Shown here piece after piece: positions 10,794-20,240 of a stretch of 64,000 bases of DNA (positions are counted from its first letter, which is position 1; the number at the start of each line of letters is the position of its first letter). The position numbers were made by a program, and so were the translations under genes. The stretch lies in the sequence record OU343168.1. One strand, 5' to 3'. Under the pieces are notes generated by a model that saw nothing but the letters and a program-made list of their open reading frames with translations, made no database searches and had not been told where the DNA came from.

Positions 10794-10805
10794 GGAGGAA
10801 ACAAA

Positions 10806-10991
10806 ATGACCAGTACGGTTAACGTAACCGCTCATTGTACCGAAGATAAGGAAGTAGTGGTTCGGGTCCAGACTCCTGAAGATATCTCGCAAGAGGTTAT
10901 TCTTCAGAACGGTGAGAAGACGGAAGTGGTGGTGTTCGGTGCTAAGCACGTCATCATTCACGAACGGACTCGGTTGGAACCCGAGGGTTAA
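10806..10991 (+). CDS. small hypothetical protein (61 aa)
   Basis: AAGGAGG RBS. Confidence 0.75.
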   Translation: MTSTVNVTAHCTEDKEVVVRVQTPEDISQEVILQNGEKTEVVVFGAKHVIIHERTRLEPEG

Positions 10992-11014
10992 CAGCGGTTG
11001 ATCCTATAGTTAAA

Positions 11015-11045
11015 GAGTAACCCTGGGCGCTGCCCAGGGTTACTT
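11015..11045 (+). terminator. rho-independent terminator-like hairpin
   Basis: GAGTAACCCTGGGC / GCCCAGGGTTACTT. Confidence 0.65.
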
Positions 11046-11076
11046 GATTGTTATAGGGTTTTCGTGGAGTTGATGT

Positions 11077-14000
11077 ATGACAGACGAGCAGAACACATCC
11101 CTTTCCTATGCTAAATGGTTGGTTAAGTACCTGAGATGTAACAACCTACCCAAAGAACTGATTGATGATAAACGCCTTCGTATTGATTGGGAGGCTCGAA
11201 CAGACGATGAAACCCTTTTAGCTCACTTCAATGAAGACAGCTTAAGTGGTATTAAGACTGTTCGTTTTCTCAAGGACTTTTTCAACTACCAAGCGGGTTA
11301 TGATCGGGAGACCCGGAATACCAGTTTCCTCAGAACCACCGAAGTGTTCAGGCAACAGGGGATCAATAACTTTTACTTTATCCTCCAGTTGAACAATCCC
11401 CTGTTGAAAGGGGTGGATCCCTTTGATCCTAACCTCACTCCTGAGCAACAGGTGTGGGTCCTGGAGGAGTGTCGGAGTAACTTTTGGTACTTCCTACGGG
11501 AAGTCTGCCGGTTAAAGCCGAATCAGCCCTTCTTAGCGAACCGGGGGAATATCAGCTTTATTTGGTCGTATTTGAATCACATTACCACCTACATGATCAT
11601 GCCGCGGCAACAGGGCAAGCAGCAGCGGAACAGTGCTAAGGTTCGTATTGTACCTAAAGATACCCTGAAGACCATTACCCCTCAGGATACCTGGAAACGG
11701 ATTGAACACCTACGGGTGGGGGATCGAGTCCTGGATCGTTCCGGGAAGCCGTGTCAAGTGATTGGTATCCACCCCCAGGGTAAACGCCGGTTGTATCGTG
11801 TTATTACCAGTGACGGACGAGCCACGGATGTAGGGACTGAACATCTGTGGACCCTGAAGGATTATTCTAACTGCCTCAATGGACGTGCACTCTGGAATGA
11901 CTATTCGACCGTTGATGTCATTAACCTGTTGAAGAAGAAGGTGAAGCTTCAATTGCCGTTACCGGCTCCAGTACCCGGGAGTGAACAGGATCTGCCTATT
12001 GACCCGTACGTTCTCGGGTTGATCTATTGCGGACAAGATCAAGACGGTAAGGTTATTCTTCCTACGCGTACGGATGCGGTTAAACAGTACGTGGTTGATC
12101 ATCTCCCTCAGGGGGTAACGGTCATTCAGGGAGTGGCTAACAGTTGCTTAGAGCGGACTGATAACCAACCTTATTTATTCAACAGGGAGCACGGTTTACC
12201 GGATCAATACCTAGAAGCCCCTTTAAACGCCCGGAGAGACCTCTTACAGGCGTTTTTAGACGTTAGGGGTAAGGTTGGTAGGGGTAAGGTCTTTATAGCC
12301 TTAAATCGCGTCCTAGGAGGTCAACTGGCGTATTTAGCCCGTAGCCTAGGTGGAACCGGTAAAGTCATTAAGAGCGGGGTGGAGATTACTCTACCGGAAG
12401 AGGTACCTCCGTTCAAGTTCAGGGAAGAGAGTGTCGTCTTTGATAATCGGTTGCTGATCGACCGAGTGACCTTCGTAGGGGATGACGACTGTACCTGTAT
12501 TGAAGTCGATAACAGCGAACAGTTGTATTTGACCGATGACTTCATCGTCACCCACAACACGGTATCGGTTCAGGTGATTGACTTCTGGTTAACGTACATC
12601 ATGGGGCGGGGGTATACCAGCCACTTGATTACCTTGAAGTCGGATAACCGTGCTCAGTTCATTGCGGCTATTAAGCAGATTCGGAGTTCCATTCCCTCGT
12701 ATCTGATTAACTCGACCTACAAGGACAAAGATGCCGGTACCAGTCTGACCTATAAGGCCTTTGGGGAAGATAACGTTAATACGCTGTACATTAACGTTCC
12801 TCAGATCGGTCAGGATGCGGCAGGGGATCTCGGTCGGGGGTTACGGGTAGGGACTACCAACTACGATGAGTCCGGGTATATTCGGTTCATCGACACCATC
12901 ATCGATGGGTGTTCCCCGTCCTCGCTAACGGAAATGGCGTTGTGCAGAGAGCAGGGGTTGCCGTACGGGATTACGCACATTACGACCCCCAATACCACGC
13001 TCCATCCCAGCGGGGAGTTTATGTTCAATAAACTCATGAGCGCAACGGAGTGGCGGGAGAAGTTCTTTGATTGCTTCAGTGAGAGTCACTTGAGGCAGAT
13101 GTTACTCAGGGCTTCCCCTACGAAGACAACCTCTCCGTCAGTCTCCATGGTGTACAATTACCTTCAACTGGGTAAGGACAAAGCCTGGGTGCGGGAAACC
13201 ATTGACCTGTTAGGATTGAGTTTGGCGAAAGCCAAGATCGACTTATTGCTCATGTGGGTGGAAGATGGGGAGAATCGGTTGTTTGACGATGTGACCCGGG
13301 AAGCCATTAACAACATGAAGCGGGACGTGGTGTGGAGTAAGGAGTATCGGGACTGTAACCTGTACGTGGACTTCTTTGTGACCCAACAGGAATTGTTGGA
13401 GATGGCAAAGAAGGAGTACAATGACCATTTCCTGATTGGTGTGGATACGTCCTCGGCCATTAACAAGGATGCCTGCACCATTGTGATTCGCAGTATGAAG
13501 ACGGGTAAGGTCATTGGGGTGGGACGGTATCCCTTAACCTTCTTGGATGATGTCACAGCCATTGTTGTGGATTTGCTGGACGTGATTCAGAACAGCACCT
13601 TGATCATTGAGCGCAACTACGCGCATCACATGATCGACAGTCTGTTGATTATGCTGCCGGCTAAGGGCATGGACCCCTTTAAACGGGTCTTTAACCAAAT
13701 CTACCAAGACACCGTCAATAACGCTAAGGAGTTTGAGGAAGTCCAGAACACTAAGTTTGCCTACCGGAATAAAGCGTTCTACCTGAAGTATAAACAATAC
13801 TTCGGGTTCGTAACGACCAAGACCAGTCGGGAAGTCCTGTACGGCCTCATCCAAGAGGCGGTTGGGAATACCGGGTACGGTCTCTGTTATGCGAAGCTCG
13901 CGGATGAATTGATCAACCTGAAACTCAAGGGGGATCGAATCGACCACGATTCGAAGCAGCACGATGACTTGGTCATCGCGTGGCTACTGAGCTACTGGTT

Positions 14001-14343
14001 CATTAAGCTCGGGGAGAACAAGTCCTTGTACGGGATCCCTACGGGGATTGCCCTAACGGACACACGCAACTTACTGAACTCTGCTCAGAACCAAGGACGG
14101 ACCGAGTATGAGCCGTACGTGGTTCAACTCATCGATAAAGTCCGGAGTAAGGTTCATAGCCTAACTGAAGAACTGATGGCCACCCAGGACAATGTCTTAG
14201 CACTTCGTCTAGAGGTGGAGATTCGGAAGTTAGCCAAGATGTTGCCTCCGGAACAGAATCGCATGATGACCATTGACGTGCTGTTGGAGAACGCTAAAGT
14301 GGAACGCAACAAACGCCTACTGCAACAACGCAGAACAGCATAA
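11077..14343 (+). CDS. terL: terminase large subunit, intein-containing
   Basis: Walker A PRQQGK|T restored after intein removal; Walker B YDESG; nuclease motifs IGVDTS and HDDLVIAW. Confidence 0.9.
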   Translation: MTDEQNTSLSYAKWLVKYLRCNNLPKELIDDKRLRIDWEARTDDETLLAHFNEDSLSGIKTVRFLKDFFNYQAGYDRETRNTSFLRTTEVFRQQGINNFYFILQLNNPLLKGVDPFDPNLTPEQQVWVLEECRSNFWYFLREVCRLKPNQPFLANRGNISFIWSYLNHITTYMIMPRQQGKQQRNSAKVRIVPKDTLKTITPQDTWKRIEHLRVGDRVLDRSGKPCQVIGIHPQGKRRLYRVITSDGRATDVGTEHLWTLKDYSNCLNGRALWNDYSTVDVINLLKKKVKLQLPLPAPVPGSEQDLPIDPYVLGLIYCGQDQDGKVILPTRTDAVKQYVVDHLPQGVTVIQGVANSCLERTDNQPYLFNREHGLPDQYLEAPLNARRDLLQAFLDVRGKVGRGKVFIALNRVLGGQLAYLARSLGGTGKVIKSGVEITLPEEVPPFKFREESVVFDNRLLIDRVTFVGDDDCTCIEVDNSEQLYLTDDFIVTHNTVSVQVIDFWLTYIMGRGYTSHLITLKSDNRAQFIAAIKQIRSSIPSYLINSTYKDKDAGTSLTYKAFGEDNVNTLYINVPQIGQDAAGDLGRGLRVGTTNYDESGYIRFIDTIIDGCSPSSLTEMALCREQGLPYGITHITTPNTTLHPSGEFMFNKLMSATEWREKFFDCFSESHLRQMLLRASPTKTTSPSVSMVYNYLQLGKDKAWVRETIDLLGLSLAKAKIDLLLMWVEDGENRLFDDVTREAINNMKRDVVWSKEYRDCNLYVDFFVTQQELLEMAKKEYNDHFLIGVDTSSAINKDACTIVIRSMKTGKVIGVGRYPLTFLDDVTAIVVDLLDVIQNSTLIIERNYAHHMIDSLLIMLPAKGMDPFKRVFNQIYQDTVNNAKEFEEVQNTKFAYRNKAFYLKYKQYFGFVTTKTSREVLYGLIQEAVGNTGYGLCYAKLADELINLKLKGDRIDHDSKQHDDLVIAWLLSYWFIKLGENKSLYGIPTGIALTDTRNLLNSAQNQGRTEYEPYVVQLIDKVRSKVHSLTEELMATQDNVLALRLEVEIRKLAKMLPPEQNRMMTIDVLLENAKVERNKRLLQQRRTA
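11620..12558 (+). mobile_element. class 3 intein (313 aa) with degenerate LAGLIDADG endonuclease
   Basis: starts Gln (QQRNSAKV), block B HLW, block F Cys, ends IVTHN then Thr+1; endonuclease motifs eroded (LGLIYCGQ; AFLDVRG). Confidence 0.9.
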
Positions 14344-14351
14344 GACCTGAC

Positions 14352-14382
14352 CCTCCTGGAGCCCCACAAAGGCTCCAGGAGG
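14352..14382. terminator. bidirectional terminator
   Basis: CCTCCTGGAGCC / GGCTCCAGGAGG between convergent genes. Confidence 0.75.
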
Positions 14383-14389
14383 TATCGGG

Positions 14390-14542
14390 TTATTTCTGCT
14401 TCAGAATCAACTGGTCATCTTCACCATTGTCCCAGCGGTCACACCACGCGCGCAGGTCGGCGAGGGTTCTCGGTACAACGCTAACGCCGTAGTCGGGAGC
14501 CGCCCCCAACTTCCGCAGTACATTCAGGGCTGTATAAACCAC
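14390..14542 (-). CDS. possible small protein (50 aa), not in ORF track
   Basis: GTG start, open frame VVYTALNVLRKLGAAPDY...LILKQK ending next to the terminator; no clear RBS. Confidence 0.35.
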   Translation of the reverse strand: MVYTALNVLRKLGAAPDYGVSVVPRTLADLRAWCDRWDNGEDDQLILKQK

Positions 14543-14555
14543 TTAGTTACAAGGG

Positions 14556-14852
14556 TTACGCTACAGCAAGCAGTGCATGTTCCAGTTCTTGCAGGGTGTG
14601 ACCTTTAGCCGGCTTGCCGTTGGCCAATAGGGTGAAGGCTTCAGAGGCGGTGGTATGATCCAGATACCAACGGTAGTTCGGCGAGTTTTCGTCGAACATC
14701 GGCGAGCGGGAGGGTTCACCTGGTGGTGTAGGGATCCAAGGGAAGATCATGAACACCCGGATTGACGCTGAACCACTTTCCACCATCACACTAACCATGG
14801 TGTGCGTATGGCACGAACAGAGAAGCTTTTGGGTCAAGGGGAGTGCGTGCAT
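14556..14852 (-). CDS. hypothetical protein (98 aa)
   Basis: start reassigned to ATG 14852, preceded by AGGAG. Confidence 0.55.
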   Translation of the reverse strand: MHALPLTQKLLCSCHTHTMVSVMVESGSASIRVFMIFPWIPTPPGEPSRSPMFDENSPNYRWYLDHTTASEAFTLLANGKPAKGHTLQELEHALLAVA

Positions 14853-14899
14853 AGTGTCTGCTCCTACGCAGTCTGCATGAATAAATTCCTTGTAACTGG

Positions 14900-16261
14900 T
14901 TATTCGAAATAATCCTTGGACAGTACGCGCAGTACAATGAACAAGCACAACGCCGTGCGGGTGGTTAATACCCACTGAGGGGTTTTACGTCCGGTAATGG
15001 CAATCACAATCTGATCGCCTAATTCCCGAATCGTCTTAACCATGTCATTCCGACTCCGACTCGCCCCGTAAGCACCGCGCATCTTGATCAACACGTTGTA
15101 GACTTTACTGCGTTTGATGTTGTTGGCGTGCAGGTAATCAAACAGGTGCAATACAACTGTTTCAGCAAACTGTTTGTACTCAGGGGTTTTGGGGTTGTTG
15201 TACCGCTTAGGGAACTCTTGCAGGGTATACGCCAGCATGTTCATTCGAACATCCTCCAGTACACTGGCTGCATAGTTCATTAACTCTTCCTTGTAGAACG
15301 AGGTTTCCTCTGTCAGGATACGGTCCAGGTACTGAACGTGTTGATTCACGTCTTTCGCTACCGACTTAATGGTCAGTTCATCCCCGAGGTTAACCTTAGA
15401 GTTCTCCAGTTTAACGATGTTGGTCTTGTTCTTGACATCGTGGAAGACTTTGTTAATGTCGTTAATCGCCCTTCTCAGCCTGTTCTGAATATCTCCTACC
15501 ATGTAAACGATTTTCTTATCATCGTTCATCTGGGTAAAGGCTTCGTAGTGGATACCGGTCTTAGGGTTCAGGATAAACTCCGCCCGAGCCTCAATCAACG
15601 CCCTCCAACTTCCATACCGTTTAATGTCATACTTCAAGCTCAACCGGTTATAGGTCTCCAGGACAACCTCTTTACGGGCGGTAAAGGGATAGTCGTTGTG
15701 AATGATCGAAGTGAGGCATTTGTAGTGGTACATGCACACCACGTCTTTCATGGCTTGATGTTTGACTTTCTCCGGTAATTTCGAATGATGGATCCGGTAC
15801 AGCAAGTAAGGAATGGTCATATTGAACGCATCCCCTACGACCGCCCACTCTTTCTTAATGGCCGCTGCGTTGTGGAGGTTCTCTTTGAGTTCCTCTTCAT
15901 CCAGGTCAATGATGTCATTGAACCATTGGTTACGGTCTGCGGTGGTAAAGGTGATCTTCTGCAACCCTAGGTACGGGCTCCCAAAGAACTCCATATGGTC
16001 CACCACGCCCATACGCCGGGTAATGAACGCATACACATACTTCTGAAGATCACTCGCCCACCGAGGGGTAATCTCCAAGTACGTTGCCAGTCGAGTAAAG
16101 ATCTCCAGGATGGCATGGTTACTCTGGAATTCCACCCCTGACAGTAAGGCTTCATTCCCTTCTACGCCTAAGAGGTCACTATCGGGAGTCTTTGCCTCTT
16201 CAAAGAGACTAAAGATATCCTGGTCCCCTACGAGGTCTTCCGTTCCGTCTAATACTAACAT
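14900..16261 (-). CDS. conserved jumbo-phage protein, probably virion-associated
   Basis: start at ATG 16261 with GAGGGG RBS; acidic N-terminus with G-N-E motif like a prohead-protease site. Confidence 0.6.
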   Translation of the reverse strand: MLVLDGTEDLVGDQDIFSLFEEAKTPDSDLLGVEGNEALLSGVEFQSNHAILEIFTRLATYLEITPRWASDLQKYVYAFITRRMGVVDHMEFFGSPYLGLQKITFTTADRNQWFNDIIDLDEEELKENLHNAAAIKKEWAVVGDAFNMTIPYLLYRIHHSKLPEKVKHQAMKDVVCMYHYKCLTSIIHNDYPFTARKEVVLETYNRLSLKYDIKRYGSWRALIEARAEFILNPKTGIHYEAFTQMNDDKKIVYMVGDIQNRLRRAINDINKVFHDVKNKTNIVKLENSKVNLGDELTIKSVAKDVNQHVQYLDRILTEETSFYKEELMNYAASVLEDVRMNMLAYTLQEFPKRYNNPKTPEYKQFAETVVLHLFDYLHANNIKRSKVYNVLIKMRGAYGASRSRNDMVKTIRELGDQIVIAITGRKTPQWVLTTRTALCLFIVLRVLSKDYFE

Positions 16262-16277
16262 TGAAAACCCCTCTTGG

Positions 16278-17126
16278 TTAATTCCGACGTGGTGTTGCCA
16301 TCCGTATTGCTTCAATACGGGCTTGTTTATCCGACCATGTCATGCAGTTGATCCATGTGTTCTTGAAATACTCTTTGTATTGGGTCCACGCGTCACTGTA
16401 GGCCTGTATATCGTCCCGTATGGCGTCTAGGGGAACGCCTGAGCGATAAACCGCCTCTTGGGTAGGTCGCCTACAGGTTTTGTAAATATACGCCTTAACG
16501 GCCAATTCAACGAGCTCTGCGAACTGCCGGTAATGACGAGGGTGAATACTGCTCATCCCTTCATCGTATTCCATGATTACTTTAGCACTCATGGAATACG
16601 TTCCCGCATTCAACCCAAAGATCACAAAGCAGTTATTACCGGTCATATGGACATTGGTGAACGTGACTGGCATACTGCGGTTAGAACTCAATCCCCCCAG
16701 TAAGCCATCCATCATGTCATTCAGTACTCCGGACCCACACATCGTGTTCTCATTCACCCCGGCTCCTAACTGACCAACTGCGGAACTCATACTCCCCAAA
16801 TAGACTTCTGTCACACTGATGATCTTAGCACCCCGAGTCGTCGCTTCCGGTACGTTCACCTCTACACACCCATTCCCCCGATCACGGATCATGGATCCTC
16901 CCAGATCCAACAACTCCGTCTTCCCACCCGCTACGTTACATTCCGGTAGAACAATACGGTGAATCACCTTCTCCCGTATACCCTGTTCCACAGTTGTCTG
17001 GTTAACCAGGTTATACCAATTCCCCGCATAGTTCGCATTGGGGGTTTCAAATGCTAGCTTTAACAAGTACTCGTCAATATCACTACCGCTTACTACACGA
17101 TTGATCGCATGGTCTACTGGATTCAT
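16278..17126 (-). CDS. conserved jumbo-phage protein, probably virion-associated
   Basis: 282 aa, GAGG RBS, co-transcribed with the previous gene. Confidence 0.6.
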   Translation of the reverse strand: MNPVDHAINRVVSGSDIDEYLLKLAFETPNANYAGNWYNLVNQTTVEQGIREKVIHRIVLPECNVAGGKTELLDLGGSMIRDRGNGCVEVNVPEATTRGAKIISVTEVYLGSMSSAVGQLGAGVNENTMCGSGVLNDMMDGLLGGLSSNRSMPVTFTNVHMTGNNCFVIFGLNAGTYSMSAKVIMEYDEGMSSIHPRHYRQFAELVELAVKAYIYKTCRRPTQEAVYRSGVPLDAIRDDIQAYSDAWTQYKEYFKNTWINCMTWSDKQARIEAIRMATPRRN

Positions 17127-17685
17127 TTAAGGTAACCTCGTCTAACAAACCTTAACGGGATGTATAAACCCGTTAACTTAGGATTAGGGAATCATAACAT
17201 CTTCCAGTGATTCCTCATTCGGTTTCCATTATATGTTCCACTTACCCAATTCTCATTTTGGAGGAGGGGGTAAGATTCTTTAGGACTGAGCGACATGAGC
17301 CTACGGCGAGTGGAGTGAAGGAGTAAAGAATCTTGGGGGAGGAGGCCCTACCGAAGGTAGAGTCCAGAGAAGAGAAAAGAGAAAATCCGAAGGAAAAACC
17401 TATTACTCCGTAATAGCTTTTGCTCTTTATATAAGCCCCGGAGGGGCTTATAAGGCAATAAAATTTAACTTTAGTATTTATTATTATTATAAGAAATTCC
17501 TTTTTTAAATAAAAAAGGAAAAATGAAGAGGAAATGAAAATGGGAAAATACCTTTTAAATATTCCCTAAATTTCATTTGCTATTAAAGAAGTACCCCTTT
17601 CAAAGTTAATTACCCCGACCGGCATTCCCGAACAGGGAAGCCGGCGTATAGGGTTTATAATGCAATACTGCAATAGGGTTAATGG

Positions 17686-17703
17686 ATTTCAGTTCTACAT
17701 TAT
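17686..17703 (+). promoter_or_regulatory. early-type promoter motif ATTT-N6-TACATTAT
   Basis: recurs at 18749, 26120, 36150 and 41116; resembles the phiKZ early promoter TATATTAC. Confidence 0.6.
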
Positions 17704-17775
17704 CATTGGGTAATGAAAGAATACGGTTATTCGTATTGATATGTTTTGTTAAACCCAGAAAAGGAAGAGTGTGTA

Positions 17776-18324
17776 ATGACAACGATTGCTTATCGTGACG
17801 GTATAATGGCAGCGGATACCCGGGTGGTCAACGGGGCCGATATGATCAACCTCGGAGAGCAACGTAAGATCCACGAACCGGGGGAAGGAGAGTACTGGAG
17901 TGTCAATGGTGACCGTATTATCTGTTTTGGTTTGTCGGGGAGTCTGACGGATCTGTTGGCCTTTAAAGAACTGTTGAGTGAAGGGATTACCTTTAAGACC
18001 AAAGCACCTGACCACCTCGTTGGGGACTCGAATATGCTCTGTGTGGGTGAACAGGGTAATGTTTGGCTGGTTTCAGCATTTAAACAACGAGACGGGAGTA
18101 TGGTGTTTACAGTGTCATGCGTACAACCCCCGTTTGCAATTGGATCGGGGGGTATTTACGCCAGTTCGGTGATGGCGGTGGGTAAAAGTGCGGTGGATGC
18201 AGTTAAAGTGACGTGTAAGTTGGATATCTATTCTGGCGGTCGTATTGATACCTGGGAACTCCCCCCTATTCCAGAAACCCCCAGTAAGCGCCCTGAACCG
18301 GCCGCCGATAAGACAGCAAAATAA
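17776..18324 (+). CDS. Ntn-hydrolase / proteasome-beta (HslV)-like peptidase
   Basis: start MTTIAY (Thr1 after Met removal); AADTR, RKI, IGSGG and DIYSGG match the proteasome beta catalytic set. Confidence 0.7.
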   Translation: MTTIAYRDGIMAADTRVVNGADMINLGEQRKIHEPGEGEYWSVNGDRIICFGLSGSLTDLLAFKELLSEGITFKTKAPDHLVGDSNMLCVGEQGNVWLVSAFKQRDGSMVFTVSCVQPPFAIGSGGIYASSVMAVGKSAVDAVKVTCKLDIYSGGRIDTWELPPIPETPSKRPEPAADKTAK

Positions 18325-18344
18325 TCCCTAGGGGGTAAGACACT

Positions 18345-18570
18345 CGGAATGTAGGCGATGGAAACCACAGTGTGCGGGTATTTTATGCCGATGACCTGCA
18401 TTCACTCCATCGCCGGTCCTGGTGGGAAGGTTAGGAGTGTTAGACACCCACCACCCCTCAAGTGCCCAAGCCTATTCTGTCAGGCTTGAGAGGGTTGCCT
18501 ACAAAACGCTCCGCCCCTCCAGCTCTATGTCACTATGATGTAGGGCTGGAGGTTTTACTTCTTTTGTTTT
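18345..18570 (+). ncRNA. candidate structured ncRNA with its own terminator
   Basis: multi-stem junction closed by TGTAGGC/GCCTACA, then a 12-bp terminator and T tract; no ORF. Confidence 0.45.
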
Positions 18571-18577
18571 TTATTTA

Positions 18578-18735
18578 CCCAGGAGGGGATATCTTATACC
18601 GTTAAAGTGACCTGTTTCCACGCCATGGTTCTCTGGGTCACTGTAACGGTACAACGTTATTGATCCTCTTGGATGCGCTAACGGGTGGTGTTATGGTTAT
18701 ATCGGCGGTTACCCACCCGTTAGTCTTTTTTTTTG
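18578..18735 (+). ncRNA. candidate structured ncRNA 2 with its own terminator
   Basis: nested stems CCAGGAGG/CCTCTTGG, TACCGTTA/TAACGGTA, AGTGACC/GGTCACT; 11-bp terminator and T tract. Confidence 0.4.
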
Positions 18736-18748
18736 ATTACGCTAGATA

Positions 18749-18766
18749 ATTTGAAACCTAAATTAT
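18749..18766 (+). promoter_or_regulatory. early-type promoter motif upstream of phuZ
   Basis: ATTT-GAAACC-TAAATTAT. Confidence 0.55.
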
Positions 18767-18831
18767 TAGCAGGCTATTGGAGAATAGTCCTTTTTAATGA
18801 CTTCCCTGTAAACCAAAGAGAGCGATTCGAT

Positions 18832-19794
18832 ATGTCTCAGATTCAATACTACCTCATGGGCGGCGCAGGTATCAACATTGGCGCGGGTTTGAAAGAACAT
18901 TCCCGCACGCGCGTGAACAGTGATGCGGGGATGGTAGGTTTCGATACCAGTGATAAGAACTTCACTGCGGCGTTCCCCATTGAGCAACTCGAAGGGGTGA
19001 ACGGGAGTGGTAAGGATTCCACCAAGCACTACGACAAACTCCTCCCCTTCGTAGCGGCTAACCTGAAGAAACACCGTCCCGGTGTTCACAACATCATCGT
19101 AGCCAGTACCGCTGGTGGTACTGGGCGTGTTATGGCGATGATTGCGTTGCGCCTGCTGGTCGAGTCGGGTAAGAACGTCATTCTCTGCCTGATCTCGGAA
19201 CACACTTCCCTGGTGGATAAAGAAAACGCAGTCAATGCCCTCCGTTCCTTTGCCAACCAGTGCCAACCCAATCAGCTGAACCGTCCGGTGTGCTACATGG
19301 AGTTCCTCAATACGCCGAACCTGACCCGTAAGGAAGTCAACCTTCAGGCGATTGATTCACTGAATCTCCTGAGTCTCCTCTTTGATCCCGGTAATACGGA
19401 AATCGATGAGGAAGACATTAAACGCTTCTTCAATTACTCGGCGGGGGGTAAAACCAGGCCGGCGTTGAGTCGTATTCATTTCTACGACCAGGATGGTGCA
19501 GCGGACTATACCGGTAAGGTACCGGTCTCGGTCGCCAGCCTGTACCCGAACAACGATGACGTGGTTCCTCGGTTTATGGGATCGGTTTACCGGACGACGG
19601 GTATCTTCTCCCCCAACAGTGATCGTCCGGAGGACATCAAAGAGCTGCACGTGACCCTCGATCACGGTGAAGCCCTGGAAGAACTGGAGAAAGAGATCGA
19701 AGGGCTGGAAACGGTTCAAGCTCAAGCCGCCGTTGACTTCTCTCAGCAGAAAGACATTTCGGAAGGATCGAACGATCTGGGCTTCATGCTGTAA
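18832..19794 (+). CDS. phuZ: PhuZ phage tubulin
   Basis: start reassigned to ATG 18832; GGAGINIG, GSGKD, STAGGTG signature; acidic C-terminal tail ending DLGFML. Confidence 0.9.
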   Translation: MSQIQYYLMGGAGINIGAGLKEHSRTRVNSDAGMVGFDTSDKNFTAAFPIEQLEGVNGSGKDSTKHYDKLLPFVAANLKKHRPGVHNIIVASTAGGTGRVMAMIALRLLVESGKNVILCLISEHTSLVDKENAVNALRSFANQCQPNQLNRPVCYMEFLNTPNLTRKEVNLQAIDSLNLLSLLFDPGNTEIDEEDIKRFFNYSAGGKTRPALSRIHFYDQDGAADYTGKVPVSVASLYPNNDDVVPRFMGSVYRTTGIFSPNSDRPEDIKELHVTLDHGEALEELEKEIEGLETVQAQAAVDFSQQKDISEGSNDLGFML

Positions 19795-19810
19795 GACAGA
19801 CAGTGAATCG

Positions 19811-19842
19811 CTAAGGTAGGGAGCGTGAGCTCCCTACCTTAG
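19811..19842 (+). terminator. rho-independent terminator
   Basis: 14-bp perfect stem CTAAGGTAGGGAGC / GCTCCCTACCTTAG. Confidence 0.8.
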
Positions 19843-19932
19843 CCTTTATTACGCTTTGGGGTATTTTTTATAATGGGTTTTTACTGAAATGGACATTATT
19901 ATACAGGCTTAATTAAATATAGGGGCTAGAAG

Positions 19933-20226
19933 GTGGCTATAAGCTTCTCTGTTGATTTATCAAGGGGTTACCTATACCGACCTACCGGTCAGGGTAAAAA
20001 CGTCGTGTTAAGGAAAATAGACCGGTTTGACGTGGTGCACTGTTTACAGGCGTTAGGGTACCACAACCTGAACGAACGCAGTCTTAACCGTCGAGCTGCG
20101 GTCTTTATTCCGTCTCTGGAAGAGGACATTACGAAATTCACGATCGGTGTACCGAGTGATGCACAGGTTCGTATTCGTGGGATTGGGAAGTGCTCCCAAC
20201 GGTTATTGATTACATTTGTTTATTAA
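19933..20226 (+). CDS. hypothetical protein
   Basis: GTG start, 97 aa, first gene of a compact cluster. Confidence 0.6.
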   Translation: MAISFSVDLSRGYLYRPTGQGKNVVLRKIDRFDVVHCLQALGYHNLNERSLNRRAAVFIPSLEEDITKFTIGVPSDAQVRIRGIGKCSQRLLITFVY

Positions 20227-20240
20227 GGAGACCTTGTCCC

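Noticed and set aside
9384-10961. 525-aa minus-strand ORF
   Set aside because: Antisense shadow of the 9069-10793 gene
18325-18735. tRNA, tmRNA or riboswitch
   Set aside because: No GTTCRA T-loop, CCA end or recognised aptamer motif; kept only as unknown structured RNA
19885-19899. Sixth copy of the early promoter motif (GACATTAT)
   Set aside because: Lacks the upstream ATTT at the matching spacing; too weak to call
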